Source of the DNA: Felis catus
Lineage: Eukaryota
Direction of reading: 5' to 3'
Assembly (NCBI RefSeq): GCF_018350175.1
Contig: NC_058368.1
Span: forward strand, 141,052,001 to 141,112,000
DNA: 60,000 bases
How positions within the stretch are numbered: the first letter of the stretch is position 1; every line of letters starts with the position of its first letter. The translations under genes and the position numbers were made by a program. The notes under the pieces are model-generated. The model ran no database searches. It saw only the letters and a program-made list of their open reading frames with translations, and had not been told where the DNA came from. Below are positions 1 through 13,461 of the stretch, in pieces.

Positions 1-97
1 AGCACAGGGGCCCGATGCGGGGCTCGAACTCACGGACCGCGAGATTGTGACCTGAGCTGAAGTCGGCGCTCAACCGACTGAGCCACCCAGGCGCCCC
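1..97 (-). mobile_element. Can-SINE (SINEC_Fc type), 5' part, cut by the window edge
   Basis: Reverse complement starts GGGGCGCCTGGGTGGCTCAGTCGGTTGAGCG, the tRNA-derived head with A and B boxes. Confidence 0.9.
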
Positions 98-633
98 AGG
101 ACTTTCAGTTTAAAAAGGGGTTGTGGAATCTGCTTGGGATTCTGTCTCCCTCTCTCTCTCTGCCCCTCCCCTTGCTCGTGCTCTATGTCTCAATTAAGCC
201 TAAAAAAATGGTAGTAAGGGGTAAGTCCTAATTAAATTGGAATGAATTGGATGACAATACCATTCAGTGAAAAACTATGGTGCCCTACAGTGGATGCTTT
301 CTCTGGGAAGTGCTGTCAGGTGTCAGGGAATCATGGACTCTTAGTGATGGAAAGGAGAAAGACCCGTATGTCTGCAAGAAGCTGTGAGAAGTGGGAACTA
401 TGGCAAACTGGGAAATCTGTGTCCCGTGTGAAAGGAGGTGGCCACACTCAACTTGAAATGAATGTTGACCTGTGGGAGTAAGAGTCCACATGGTCATATG
501 AGTTGGTTTTTCAAGAGAAGCCTCGTGAGTGAGTGAGTGAGTGAGTGTGTGTGTGGGAGAGAGAGACAGACAAACAGACAGAAACCTACTGATTTTTTAA
601 TGTTAGCAGCTACTTTTAAAAAATATAAATACT

Positions 634-849
634 GGGGCGCCTGGGTGACTCAGTCAGTTGAGCACCTGACTTCAACTCAGGTCATGATCTCGCGGCTCGT
701 GAGTTCAGGCCCTGTGTCAGGCTCTGTGCTGACAGCTCAGGGCCTGGAGCCTGTTTCAGATTCTGGGTCTCCCTCTCTCTCTGCCTCTCCCTTGCTTGCA
801 CTCTCCTCTCTCTGTCTCTCTCTCAAAAATAAATAAACATTAAAAAAAC
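634..849 (+). mobile_element. Can-SINE, full length
   Basis: GGGGCGCCTGGGTGACTCAG head, CT-rich body, AATAAA and A tail; AAATATAAATA on both sides as target-site duplication (TSD). Confidence 0.92.
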
Positions 850-3800
850 TTTAAATATAAATATTATGCAAGATAGCAAAAGTAACTGCAGGCCGGATTC
901 CTCTCACAGGCCACTGATTGGTAGCTGCTGATACGGTCTGATATTTCATTTTACACAGTACAGGGAATGCAAAACTAGGAATGAAGGATCCAGGCCTCTT
1001 ATCAAAGGAACTTCAATAACAAACCAATTTCTATACACACTAGTTATTTTGGTGGGGGATGGGTTGGGCAGGGGGCCTGTAAAGGAAAAAATTGATCGAG
1101 CACCTACTGTGTTTTAAACAATTACTTAATGATTTCAATGTACAAAATCACACTCACTTTATACAACAGCCCTTTGAGGAGGTTGCTTGATCTTTTTGCC
1201 TGTTTCCTTATGTGTAAAGTAAAAAATAACGGTAAGTCATTCATGGCAAAGATTGGAGGAATCAATTCTTATGAAGTGCTTAGAGCCAGAGAGGAAGAAT
1301 GTGTGGCTGTGATTGTCCATGAGATAGGCATTATCATCCTCCTTATTTAACATATGAAGAAACTGATTTTTCAGAGTTGACCTAACTTGTCCATGATTGT
1401 ACAGCAATAAATCAGAGCCAAGAATTGAACCCTGATTGTCTGACTATAATTATAGACCTCTTTCCCTCTCCAACTAGGCTGGTGTTATAAATTCAAGATA
1501 AGAAAAACAAAAACACAAATAGCCAGTTTTCTCCTTTGGTAATCATTGTACAGACAGTCAAGGTCAGAAGTGAAGTTCTGTGGTATTTCTCTACACTGTC
1601 AGCTGAGTATCATCTACAATGATGGAAGAGAAAACGTTACACAGATAATAGAAATGGTAGATAATAAAAATTTCTCCTTGGGCATTCATTATGCAATTTA
1701 GGGGGGGGCAGCTAATTTATCTTCCTAATTATGTTTTGCTTAAGCTGATTTTAAAATTAGTTTGTTTACCCTGAGCACACACTGATTAACAGCAGGGAGA
1801 GGTGGCCTAGAAACATCTTGGGTGGTGGAGGGATGGTATCTTGAGATTTGGAGGGAATTTACATGGATAATTTTCATGTAGCTATGGCAAGGTAGAAGGT
1901 TAATATGTTGATGGCGCTCTGAGTATAAATTATTATTGTGATTTGTTGTTGGGTGCATTTAAATGTAAGGCTGTGAATTGCAGACCCAGAGAGTTGAGTG
2001 GACCCCAAGCTCCTTCTTATTCATTCTTTAGTGCTGAGAGTTCAGTCAAGGTACATGAATCAAGCAAGAAGATGGAAGAGGAGGGCTAGCTAGAGGTGAC
2101 TCTAGGAGTTTCCTTTTAGTAGATATCCAACAGAAAGTAAATATCTGTTATGTACTGTGAACTATGCCAGGAACTGAGGATACCAAGATGAATAGGCCAT
2201 TGTCTAACCCTTGGAATTACACAATCCTTTAAGGAAAACAGACTTAAAAACACAGAAATCACAGCCTAGTATATCAGGGCTATAAAAAAGATGGGGCAGA
2301 TTTGAGGGAGCAGAGAAGAGACTATGACAATCTGCCTAAGGGACTCAGGACAGGGAGCAGCCCCATTCCTCACACTTCCTTGGCTTTGCTCTGTTTTGTG
2401 GGTGGGAGTAGGGAACTCCTGCAGACCAGTGTCAGCTGGCTTCTCGCTGGTTCAACCAGTGAGAGGCAATGGTGACAGACTGGAGGATGGGAGAGAGGGA
2501 GAGTCAGGGTATCTCTCTTTCCTTCCCTGCCTGGAGTGCTGTTTTCAAAATCTGCAAAGCATCTGTGTCTCTGCCATAACCCTACCTCCTACTGAACAGG
2601 CCCATTGGGATCCTGCTTCAGCAGGGCGATCCCAGCCCCTGGGATCTGGTAACCTGTTTGCACCTCCAGCCTGGGAGTGGTAGCAGCTTCTTTCTGGTGC
2701 TAATCTCTGCTTTGCCTCACTGTCCCCTGGTTTTTCCATCACCTGGAAACCAATGCCCTATACTAAATTCACTCTATTTGAATAGAGAAGGTGGTTTCTG
2801 TATTTCTAGCTGGGCTCTGATGGACATGGAGGGCTTCTCAGGGGCGCTGATCCTGGAGCTGGTTCATAAAGGGAGAGAAAGCATTTGCTAGGTAGATAGC
2901 CAGGGAAGACCGTCCTCAATACACTTGGATGTGTGAGAAGCTTCGGGTGTCCAGGAGGGACAGAACACCCTGGCAGCAGGGAGCAAGTAAGGATTTTCAG
3001 AAAGGGAATAAAGTTTTCAAGTATTTTAGAAAACTCGCCTGACTAACTCTGCTCAGTGTATTGGTAAGGAAAAGAACAGGGTGGGTGTGAAGCCTAGTTA
3101 AGAGACAATCACAATGATTCAGGTCAAAAGCCATAGAGGCTTGAACTAGAACAGCTTGATGCATTAATATGGAAAAGAAGTGAAATGCCCTGTATATCAC
3201 ATTCTTCATTAGGTCCAAGAAAGGAAATTTCTTGTTTTCCTGCAATACCACAGTAAATACTTGTTGAATGGATTAATAATATTCCAACAATTTATTTGTG
3301 TCATAAAACCTCAGGTGTGCCCTTTCTTCCTTACATTTCTCCCACCTCAACCTGAACCCTCAGTGCCACGATAATATTTGACCTGTCCTGTGCAGCCTGT
3401 TGGACAAGGTCTGTGAATCTGTCCTTCCCCTTTTCAGGGGTTCACGCCACTCTAGAACAGCCCTCTATTAAAGTTTCTCTCCGCTAGAGCCATTCAATCA
3501 GTGGGTATTTACTAAGCACTTACATCCTAATAGCTGACATTTACTGAGCACTTGTAACACCATCAGGAACTGGGCTAAGCCCTTGCCATGCATTTGTCTC
3601 ATTCCTGATAACAGCCCAGTGAAGTAAGTGCCACTCTTGTCCTCATTTTATAGATAAGGAAGATACGTAGAGGCCGAGGAACAAGTCACACAATTAGTCA
3701 GTGGCAGAGCTGGAATTCATATCTACGTATCTGACTCTGGAGCCCAGGTTCTGAGCCACTGAGGTTATATTGCCTGGCACTGTGTGCTGTATGCAGTTGG

Positions 3801-4310
3801 GCATCTCAAGACATGTCAGACAAATCTGTGGGGAGGAAAGAGTAAACCTTGATGCTAAAAAATATATCGTAATTCAAGGCAACACAAGAAAAGCTGCCAC
3901 AAACCAGAATGTGATTATCACCAATGTGATGGTAGGGATAATGAGAGAGAGATCACCCCAGACTGGGATAATCAAGAAAGGCTTCAGGAGGTAGAATTTG
4001 CCTTGTGGTTTTCCTGGCATTTAAGAGGCATACCGAATTCCTTTGAAACAATGCAAGAACAACTTGAAGGTCAGTCGTGGGCTGATGCAAACTGCAGCGG
4101 GAAATTAAAGAAGGGAGAGGTTAGTATCGACTGGAAAAGGCACTTGGTTAATCTTCCAGCTCTGGTCACCTGTGGATGGAACCTAGTATGGATGGTCGAT
4201 GCACAGAATATAGTGAAACTCCTCTGCCTCATAGCCCAGAGCCTATTTCATATATACACATTCTCAGGTTGAGACAGCCTTTTTCTAGGACTCCAGTTTT
4301 CCTTTTCTTT

Positions 4311-4531
4311 CTTTTTTTTTTTTTTTTTTTACAGTTTATTTATTTATTTTTGAGAGAGAGAGAGCGCACCAGCGGAGGAGGGGCAGAGAGGGAGGGAGAC
4401 ACAGGACCTGAAGCAGGCTCCAGGTTCCCAGCTGTCAGCACAGAGCCTGACGTGGGGCTGGAACTTACAAACCATGAGATCATGACCTGGCCGAAGTCAG
4501 ACGCTTAACCAACTGAGCCACTCAGGTGCCC
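4311..4531 (-). mobile_element. Can-SINE
   Basis: Poly-T, (GA)n, and ...ACTGAGCCACTCAGGTGCCC end. Confidence 0.9.
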
Positions 4532-6100
4532 TTTCAGTTTTCTCTTTAGATGCCACCTTGCCCACTCTTTTTTTCGCACATCACCTGTGATCACAGCAGG
4601 GAGGACAAATCCCACTACAGCCAAGAAAGAGGCACCATCTCTCCTGGTGCGCGAGGGATGATGGGATGGCAAACACACACGAGATTTGAGTTTATTCACT
4701 TTATGGCTCATTCATTAGGTAACACAGAGAAATGGCCCCAGAGGAAGGCCCCCAGGTAAGAGGAAGTTGGAGTCTGAGCATGGAGGTAAAAGAACGCCTG
4801 CTTGTCTCCAAAGTAAAATCTCTTACCTTTTTAGCCTGGCCATCATTCCTTCTCTTGGGAACTCCTCCCCTACCCTGTTTGATCTAAATGAGACTAAATC
4901 AAATATGTTGACCTTTACTGCCGGGGAGAGGATACAACCCATCTGGCCAACCAGAGGACTCCATCCCCCTGGCCATGGTGACTGGGCCAAGCCTGGTGAC
5001 AGGTGACAGCTCTGCTAGCCATGAGCTACAGAAGACTGCCATTCACAATGGTGGGGCCCCATGTGAGCCAACACTGATATGAAACCAGGGGCCTACCTAT
5101 GATTTGATGAGTCAGTCCCCTCTGGTCCCTTTAGTGGGTACACATTCAGAGACTGTCATTTGATAACTGTTTTGGAGATCTGGTGTCTACAAGTGCTATT
5201 CTGGGCTATATCAATTAAGGTTATATTTTAATTTCTGGGACAGAAGCACATAACAGAGGCATAAACTTAAGGATCTTTGAACCAGGGGTATTTGAAGAGA
5301 AAATAGGCATGCCCTCCCATAGTCCCTACATCTAGACATCCTGTTCAAGCAGAAGGATGTTGGATACATATATGGACAATTTTTCTTCCAGGAATTTTGT
5401 ACCAATTTACACTCCACTAGGGATCTGCAAATGTCTTTTTCTCCCTGCCCTCAGCAAGCCTACATATTTAATATATATTTTTAAAAATAATCAGCTTGAT
5501 AGATAATAAATTGTATTGTTGTTTTTCTAATTTGTGTTTGATTTCCAAAAAGTTAGATTCTTTTCATATTTACTGTCAATTTCTATTTCCCCTTTTATGA
5601 GTGACTCCTTTAGGTGTTTTTGCAATTTTATACTAGGATGTTCATTTTTTTCTTATTGATTTTTAAGAGTCATTTGTGTATGAGGACCTCACAAATTTAT
5701 CTGTCTTAGATGTTGCAAATATTCTCAGTTTGTCATTTTCTTTGATGTTTACCATGGATTTTTCCCCCATCGTTGCAATATAACTTACATACAATAAAAT
5801 GTATCCACTTTAAATGTGCAATTTAATGAGTTTTGTTAAATGTATATACCCACATAGCCATTACCACAATCCAGATATAGAATATTTCTGTCACCCCAAA
5901 AAGTTCCCTTGTCCATTTTACATGGATCTAATTTCCATCACTTTAGATTAATTTTTCCTATTCTAAAACTTCATATAAATGGAATAATCCAAAGTATACT
6001 TTTTTCACAAAGCATGTTTCTGAAATTCACCCATGCTGTTTTGTTCTCAAAATAAATGATTAAGAAAATGAAAAGACAACTTATAGAAGATGAGAAAATA

Positions 6101-6311
6101 TTTTTTAAATGTTTATTCTTTTTTTTTTTTTTTTTTGAAAGAGAGTGTGTGCACAAGTCAGGGAAGGGCAGAGAGAGAGGGAGATAGATAATCCAAAGCA
6201 GGCTTCTCGCTACCAGAGCAAAGCCTGACATGGGGCTTGAACTCATGAACCATGAGATCGTAACCTGAACCGAAGTCAGATGCTCAATCAACTGAGCCAC
6301 CCAGGCGCCCC
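6101..6311 (-). mobile_element. Can-SINE
   Basis: Ends CCACCCAGGCGCCCC; TSD AGAAAATATTTTT on both sides. Confidence 0.9.
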
Positions 6312-6374
6312 AAGAAAATATTTTTAATACATGTTAAAATATGTTTCTTGACAAACGACTTGTATCTTGTATGC

Positions 6375-6534
6375 TTTTTTATTTATTCTATTTTATTTTA
6401 AAGTTTATTTAGCAGCTCAGATATCTCGCTATTGGTGCAGAGCCTGACATGGGGCTCAAGCCTACAAAGCCACAAGATCATGACCTGAGCCAAAAACAAG
6501 AGTCAGATGCTCAACCAAGCCATGCAGGTGCCCC
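6375..6534 (-). mobile_element. Can-SINE, short variant without the CT tract
   Basis: T-rich tail, then GATCATGACCTGAGCC...CAGGTGCCCC. Confidence 0.8.
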
Positions 6535-6544
6535 TTGTGGATGC

Positions 6545-6742
6545 TTTTTTTTTTTTTTTTTAATGAAGAGAGAGCGTGCACAAGCAAGGGAGAGGGGCAG
6601 AGAGGGAGAGAGAGAGAATCTTAAGCAGGCTTCACACTCAGCACTGAGGTGGATGTGGGGTGCAATCCCACAACCCTGGGATCTTGACCTGAGCTGAAAT
6701 CAAGAATAGGATGCTCAACCGACTGAGCCACCCAGTCGCCCC
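6545..6742 (-). mobile_element. Can-SINE
   Basis: Perfect TSD TTGTGGATGCTTTT at 6535-6548 and 6743-6756. Confidence 0.9.
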
Positions 6743-8310
6743 TTGTGGATGCTTTTGATATACAAAAACTTTAAATTTTTAAGAAGTTGGATGTGTCTGT
6801 CTTTACTTTATGGTGATGCCTTTGGTGTTATTCCTAAAGATACTTTTATCCCCAAAATTAGACAACTATTGATTTATAATTTTCGGCAATTTTATAATGT
6901 TAAAATTTTAATCTAAACTTAAAATAAAATTAGGATTTTTATTCTATCTGAATTACTTTTCAAAAATGGTAGCAAATTTTATCAATACCATTTATTGATA
7001 TTCTGTCCTCCTCCCCTGATTTAAAATGCCATGTTTATTAAATATTAAAATATTATAGACAAGGGTCAGTTCTGGTCCTTTTATCCTATTTTCCAACCAC
7101 GGGAACAACTGAACACTTTCGTTAGCTGTAATATTTTTTCTGTTTTGTAGCCTATGAATTCTGACTTCCCTTCTCCCCTCTCTCTCTCTCTGACCCTCTT
7201 TCTTTTTCTCTTTCTTTCTCTTTTCCTCAATGATGTGTTGAAATCTGATTATGTTTTCCAAGGTGGCCACCTTTCTCCATCATATCATCTTGATATTTGG
7301 ATTTGGTGAGAATATTCTTTTTTCCCCTCTTTCCTCCCAATTTTATTGAGGAGTAATTGATAAATATAATTGTATATATTTTAAATGTACAATGTGATGG
7401 TTTGATAGAAACATATATATTGTGGAACGATCACCAAGATCAAGATAATTAATACATACATCGCCTAGGAGAATGTTTTTGATTTTAATATTGAAGTCAT
7501 TTTACTTGGTGAGAGTAGTGCAAAACAGGAATATTAAAGCTTTTGGGAAGCTAGCCCATTACTATCCAATAATTCAGTGGTCTTGATTTTACCAATGAAA
7601 GAAAATGAGGCACTTTTTCAAATCACAGAGGTCTAATTTGTAAATTGCCTTTCCCAGCATATAAGTCTACAGGTGGCCCCCAAAGAATTATTAACCATTC
7701 ACGGTAGTTCTTAGTAGTAATTGACTTATTTACACAAAGAATTGGTTCCCCAAATTGCTTTAACCAGACTGAAAGACTAAATCTACTTGACTTCAAATAA
7801 AGAAGACAGGTGAAAAGGGGGCATTAATCTTACTCCTGGGAAAGTTATGTTGAAATGATTTCTGTCTTCCTTCTCAAAGTAGCCATGTGTCATTGATTTT
7901 AGCCAGGAGGCAGGCATGTAAATAAACACCAAGAGAAAACCCAAACAGAATACCTTCTGAACTCAATTTTGTGGTAGGATTGAGGGTTGGAAGTAAAATT
8001 ATGTGGACCCGAAGTGAACACAGCAATAGCAGCTTACAAGAGGGAGTTAGAACAATGGTCTGCATAGCAATCTCTGCCCTCAGTGTGAAGTCTCCCTACA
8101 TTTATTTCGTCTTTGGGGAGGTTTCAGTCCGGTTTGTGCAAGGAGAATTCTTATATAGGATGTATATGAATCGGTTGAAGTAATGGACAAGAACACTTTG
8201 CAAAGGCTCAATTGCTTTACACACTTAAGGTGTTATTATTGTGCTTCTGAAAGTATAAGGAAGAATGAAAAAAGGTGATTATCTGCTAAAATTGTATGTT
8301 GATGGTGGGA

Positions 8311-9245
8311 TTTTTTTTTAATATGAAATTTATTGTCAAATTGGTTTCCACACAACACCCAGTGCTCATCCCAAAAGGTGCCCTCCTCAATACCCATCAC
8401 CCACCCTCCCCTCCCTCCCATCCCCCATTAACCCTCAGTTTGTTCTCAGTTTTTAAGAGTCTCTTATGTTTTGGCTCCCTCCCTCTCTAACCTCTTTTTT
8501 TTTTCTTCCCCTCCCCCATGGACTTCTGTTAAGTTTCTCAGGATCCACATAAGAGTGAAAACATATGGTATCTGTCTTTCTCTGTATGACTTATTTCACT
8601 TAGCATAACACTCTCCAGTTTCATCCACATTGCTACAAAGGGCCATATTTCATTCTTTCTCATTGCCACGTAGTACTCCATTGTGTATATAAACCACAAT
8701 TTCTTTATCCATTCATCAGTCGATGGACATTTAGGCTCTTTCCATAATTTGGCTATTGTTGAAAGTGCTGCTATAAACATTGGGGTACAAGTGCCCCTGT
8801 GCAACAGCACTTCTGTATCCCTTGGGTAAATTCCTAGCAGTGCTATTGCTGGGTCATAGGGTAGGTCTATTTTTAATTTTCTGAGGAACCTCCACACTGT
8901 TTTCCAGAACGGCTGCCCCAGTTTGCATTCCCACCAACAGTGCAAAAGGGTTCCAGTTTCTCCACATCCTCACCAGCATCTATAGTCTCCTGATTTGTTC
9001 ATTTTAGCCACTCTGACTGGCGTGAGGTGATATCTGAATGTGGTTTTGATTTGTATTTCCCTGATGAGGAGCGACGTTGAGCATCTTTTCATGTGCTTGT
9101 TGCCCATCTGGATGTCTTTTTTAGAGAAGTGTCTATTCATGTTTTCTGCCCATTTCTTCACTGGATTGTTTTTCGGGTGTGGAGTTTGGTGAGCTCTTCA
9201 TAGATTTTGAATACTAGTCCTTTGTCTGATATGTCATTTGCAAAT
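8311..9245 (-). mobile_element. 5'-truncated felid LINE-1 (ORF2 C-terminus plus 3'UTR)
   Basis: ORFs 8538-8945 and 8970-9161 translate to the L1 ORF2p C-terminus ([38 protein letters not shown]); TSD GTGGGATTTTTTTT at 8305 and 9246. Confidence 0.95.
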
Positions 9246-9251
9246 GTGGGA

Positions 9252-9464
9252 TTTTTTTTAATGTTTTTATTTATTTTTGAGACAGAGAGAGACAGAGCAT
9301 GAGCAGGGGAGGGGCAGAGAGAGAGCAAGACACAGGATCCGAAGCAGGCTCCAGGCTCTGAGCTGTCAACACAGAGCCCAGCGCGGGGCTCGAACTCACA
9401 GACTGTGAGATGATGACCTGAGCTGAAGTCGGACGCTTAACCGACTGAGCCACCCAGGTGCCCC
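9252..9464 (-). mobile_element. Can-SINE
   Basis: Typical body; ends GAGCCACCCAGGTGCCCC. Confidence 0.92.
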
Positions 9465-10459
9465 AATAGTGGGAGTTTTTTAAAGAGTGTTCATTTCTCT
9501 TCAAATAACTACTATCAACAGTTTGGGACAAATTTTTTCCAGTCACAGTTTGTAAAACAAAACCTCTCACTTACAAGGATATAATGAGGAGTTTCTTTCC
9601 CCCAGTTCTTTGGGTCTGGCTCAAGGACTGGGTAAGCAGCTGTTTTGCAAAAGCTGGCCTCTCTTCTTTCCCCCCTTCCCAGTCTCTGCCCAATTGGCCA
9701 GCAAGTTAATAAGTCTTAATGCCATCCAGTCTTTTTGCCAGGAATTAATAAACTACAGTCTCATAAAAAAAATTGTTTAGATGTTTATGGTACGTGGATT
9801 CACACTTCAAGAACCCCATACTCTGTTTTACAAGTAGGACATTTTCGGCACTTCCTGCTTCCCCCTCTGATCTTGTGGCCTTGCAGTGCCGTGGCCTTGT
9901 GGTCCTCTTCTTTGTACTCTGGTGTCATCTGTTAAGGACACTGAAGGTCAACCTCTAATCTCACTTTCTAGTAAAAAATGGTCTGTGAGGCCAAGACGAA
10001 TCTCTAAATAGCTCAATGCCGTGGAATCAGGTGGAATGCTGACATGAGAGTCCTTGGAGGAGGAAGAGGATAGCACGTGGGTTGACTTGGTTGACTTCAG
10101 GTTAAAATAATTGGCGTGTCCTCTTTCTGGTCTTTGTAAGGTATGGCATTTTCAAAACCACTTGGTACTGTGAGGCCTAATCTCCGCCATTTCACAAACT
10201 AGCCAGGTGGGCAATGCTAAAATAGGTATCTTCAGCCTCCTTTGTTCATAATGGGAATAGCAGTGTGTGTTGCTCCCATGTCTGTGTCGTTCTAAAAGCC
10301 AATATACTAATCAATGTGATAGGGCCATATGAAGTGCAAAACCCTCTGTATTCTTTTAACGGTGATACATTTTGACCCTATGCACTGTGGGGGGGGGGGG
10401 GCGATGGGCAAAGAAAGATGAGTGTCTTGAAAATCAGAGGTCAAAGCTATAGGTTTACT

Positions 10460-10580
10460 TTTTTTTTAATAGATAATTTATTGTCAGATTGGTTTCCATA
10501 CGACACCCAGTGCTCATCCCAACAGGTGCCCTCCTCAATGCCCATCACCCACTTTCCCCTCTCCCCTACCCCCCATCAAC
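10460..10580 (-). mobile_element. Very short L1 3'-end fragment
   Basis: Near-identical to 8311-8435 (TTTATTGTCA.ATTGGTTTCCA.AC.ACACCCAGTGCTCATCCCAA). Confidence 0.85.
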
Positions 10581-11119
10581 TTTTAAAAATTCCAGTTCCA
10601 GTGTGTCTGCCAAAAAAAAAAATGTCTACAGTGGAGAACCAAGGAGAACTACTCATCTCCCAGTTTTTAAGGTCATATGTGTGACCAAATGCTAGGAGAT
10701 TGTATTCACAGTTACCTTATATACAAAATATTCCTTTTGTTGCTGCTTCTCCCTTCCGATAACTTCAGATACCCCCAAGCCCCAGGCTACAGATTCTCAA
10801 ATTCCCTAGAATTGTGTTGGAGTTGACAGAATTCACCCCAAACAGATTGTGTGGACCATGAGAGACAGACAGACAGACAGACAGACAGAGAAGCAAGAGT
10901 GCCTGTGGTGGGGGACATGTGTGTCTCTGGCATGGTGGTGGGAACATGGTAGGAGTTACTTGAAAGTGTCCGAAGATGTCTAGGAAAAATGGCTTTGGGA
11001 AGGCACAGGCAGAGCTTTTGGAAGGTTCTGCAGATGTCTCCCCACATCCATGAAGTTGGATGTTAGCACTCCTAGCTGACTACAGGCCTGGCTCCTGACC
11101 CCAGTGGGGGACAAAATAG

Positions 11120-11545
11120 GGGTCTGCTGATAAGTGCTTAGCAATTGGTTTGGCGGGGAAAGGAGTAATAAATAAAGCCCTGATTTGTAGTGTTTGCTGG
11201 ATTCTCTGGTGTAAATACTGCCCACCATGGCTGAGTTCCAGCTACCAGTGTGACGTCATTGAAATGGGGTTGGGAGGAAATGTGCAGTAACACCCCATAT
11301 GCAGTATTCCCACATAGAGATCCAGTAGACATAAATAGCTTCAAGTGCATAGATAAGAGTAGGCATAATGAAATATTTAGGAAGTGATGAGGTTTAAGTA
11401 TTTATTACCTTTGTTTTTAATATAATTCATCTAACTGTATGCCTATATAATTTAATTTTCAATAATGGCAGTGTTTTAACAACCATCTGGCAAGATTCCT
11501 GAAATTTTGACACTCACCTCTCATGAGCCCAGTACAAGCTGGTTT
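11120..11545. mobile_element. Old hAT-type DNA transposon relic (Tip100/Zaphod-like)
   Basis: Resembles remembered consensus motifs (GTGTAAATACT.CCACCATGGC, TTTAACAACC..., GAGCC.GTACAAGCTGG); family assignment uncertain. Confidence 0.4.
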
Positions 11546-12305
11546 TGGAATTTGGGTCCAAAGGAGAAGAACAAAATGCTCAGTGTATTAGAGGAATATC
11601 CGAACTCTGAGGAGAACACAAGACTCCTGGTTCCTACTCTATCCCCTACTCTGGCAGCAGAAGTGCCCTAAATGGGTCTGAGAAAAACAAGTGGACTTCT
11701 TTAACCATCACAATAACAAGAAGTAAGATAAAAAAACCCTCCAAAATCTTTACCCTGCTGGCATAGAATTTTCATCTCACCTCATGGTTAACCCATATCC
11801 ATCTAGATAGTAGGTCTGGGAGGGAAGGTTTATAGGAAGGGTGAGTTTTGAGATGGAAGGAAGAGGAGAGGTTGGGTTATGTCAAAACAGACAGAGACTG
11901 TCATAGAAGGTTCTAGAAGCCAGGTATGGTATTTGGATGCTGGATGCTTAAATTGCCAGAACTGGCATAAATTTTGAACAACATTTCCTCACGAGATTCT
12001 TATGGTAAAGAGAAAAAACCTGTGGTCTCAGAAACACATCTTATAAAATAGGTCTCCCAGAATTCAGGCCACAGTGCTGTCCCCAGCAGCCATAATGAGA
12101 CACAAAATGAGAAGTGCCTGAGGCCTAGGTGCTACCAAATTGTGCCCTGCTGAGTACACATGGAGAGGAAAATGACCAAATGCCATTTCAGTACATTATC
12201 AATCCAATCTACTTCTTGAAAGGCAGCAGAGTACAAATCTAGTTCTAAAAATATCATTGTAATCTGTGGCTTGGAATAATCACACCTATCAAAGGCCAGG
12301 TTAAA

Positions 12306-12306
<1 letters not shown>

Positions 12307-12354
<48 letters not shown>
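12307..12354. repeat. (TG)24 microsatellite
   Basis: Perfect dinucleotide run. Confidence 0.97.
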
Positions 12355-12356
<2 letters not shown>

Positions 12357-13252
12357 TGCACGCACATGCTCGTGTATGCAGGCTAGAGCGAGGGAATGAA
12401 TACTAGTGCATATATGCGACAATAATTTTTTTTCTCTTTCCAGGTGTTCTTTCTAGGCAGCAGATAAAACACTGGAGAGTGGGGCAGTTGGGAGAAGGGA
12501 AGGAACACTACTGAGTACTCCTCAGGACCCAAGCACTGTGTGCAGCGCCTTCCGCCAGTTCCCTCACACAGTGCTTGAGAACCTCTGAAGTAGGCAGTCT
12601 GACAGCCAAGAAGTGCTAGAACTGTGTTTTAAATTGATCTTCTGGAAACCAAAGACCCTATGCTGTGCTGATGCCATGCCTGTCCTTCACAGATCAGAAC
12701 ACAGAAGTCTGGAATTGGGTCATCCTCACCTCACGACACCCAACACAAGAACGGTTCCCAGCACAGAAGAGAGTCCACAAATGCTTGTTGAATACAGTAA
12801 TTTCAGAACAATGAGTTAACATCTGAGTGTTTGACTTGCAGCGTGTCGGTTGGGAAGAAACTCCACAACTACCCCAGGTCCAGTGATACTCCTTGAGTCG
12901 ACTCAGAAGCAGATAATGGGAGACACCAATCCTTGTATTGTATTAACAGCTCCTGGTTTACTCATAAGTGGCACTGCTTGTCAGCACTCTTTGGCACGCT
13001 GTGAAGTCAGGTGACTTTTGATGATAAGGGTGTGTTAGACTGTGTACCAGACCATATCTAATTTTGCCTTTGGGGTACAGGGATGCTTCTCACTCTGAGA
13101 AAGACCTAGAGGAATATGTAAATAGCTGCATTTACAAAGATAGAACTTGGTGGTGGGGGGTGGAGGGAGTAATTTTGTGCTACAAAATTATTTACCAGGG
13201 GGTTCCTTTAGATCATCATATTCCAGAGGGTGTTTAAAATATGAATTAATAT

Positions 13253-13461
13253 GGGGTGCCTTGGTGGCTCAATTGGATAAAGTGATCAACTCTTGATTTT
13301 GGCTCAGGTCATGATCTCACGGTTCGCGGGATCAAGCTCCGCACTGGGCTCTGCGCTGACACTGTGGAGCCTGCTTGGGATTCTCTCTCTCCCTCTCTTC
13401 TACCCCTCCCCCACCCCCATCTCTCTCTCTCTCTCAAAATAAATAAATAAACTTAAAAAAA
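13253..13461 (+). mobile_element. Can-SINE (older subfamily)
   Basis: GGGGTGCCTTGGTGGCTCA head, CT tract, A tail; TSD AAAATATGAAT(T/C)AATAT. Confidence 0.9.

Noticed and set aside
537..836. Recurrent peptides such as WGAWVAQSVK..TSAQVMIS
   Set aside because: Translations of Can-SINEs, not a protein family
8538..8945. L1 ORF2-like ORFs here and at 19.6-20.5 kb and 42.3-43.2 kb as functional genes
   Set aside because: 5'-truncated, frameshifted retrotransposon fragments without endonuclease or complete RT domains
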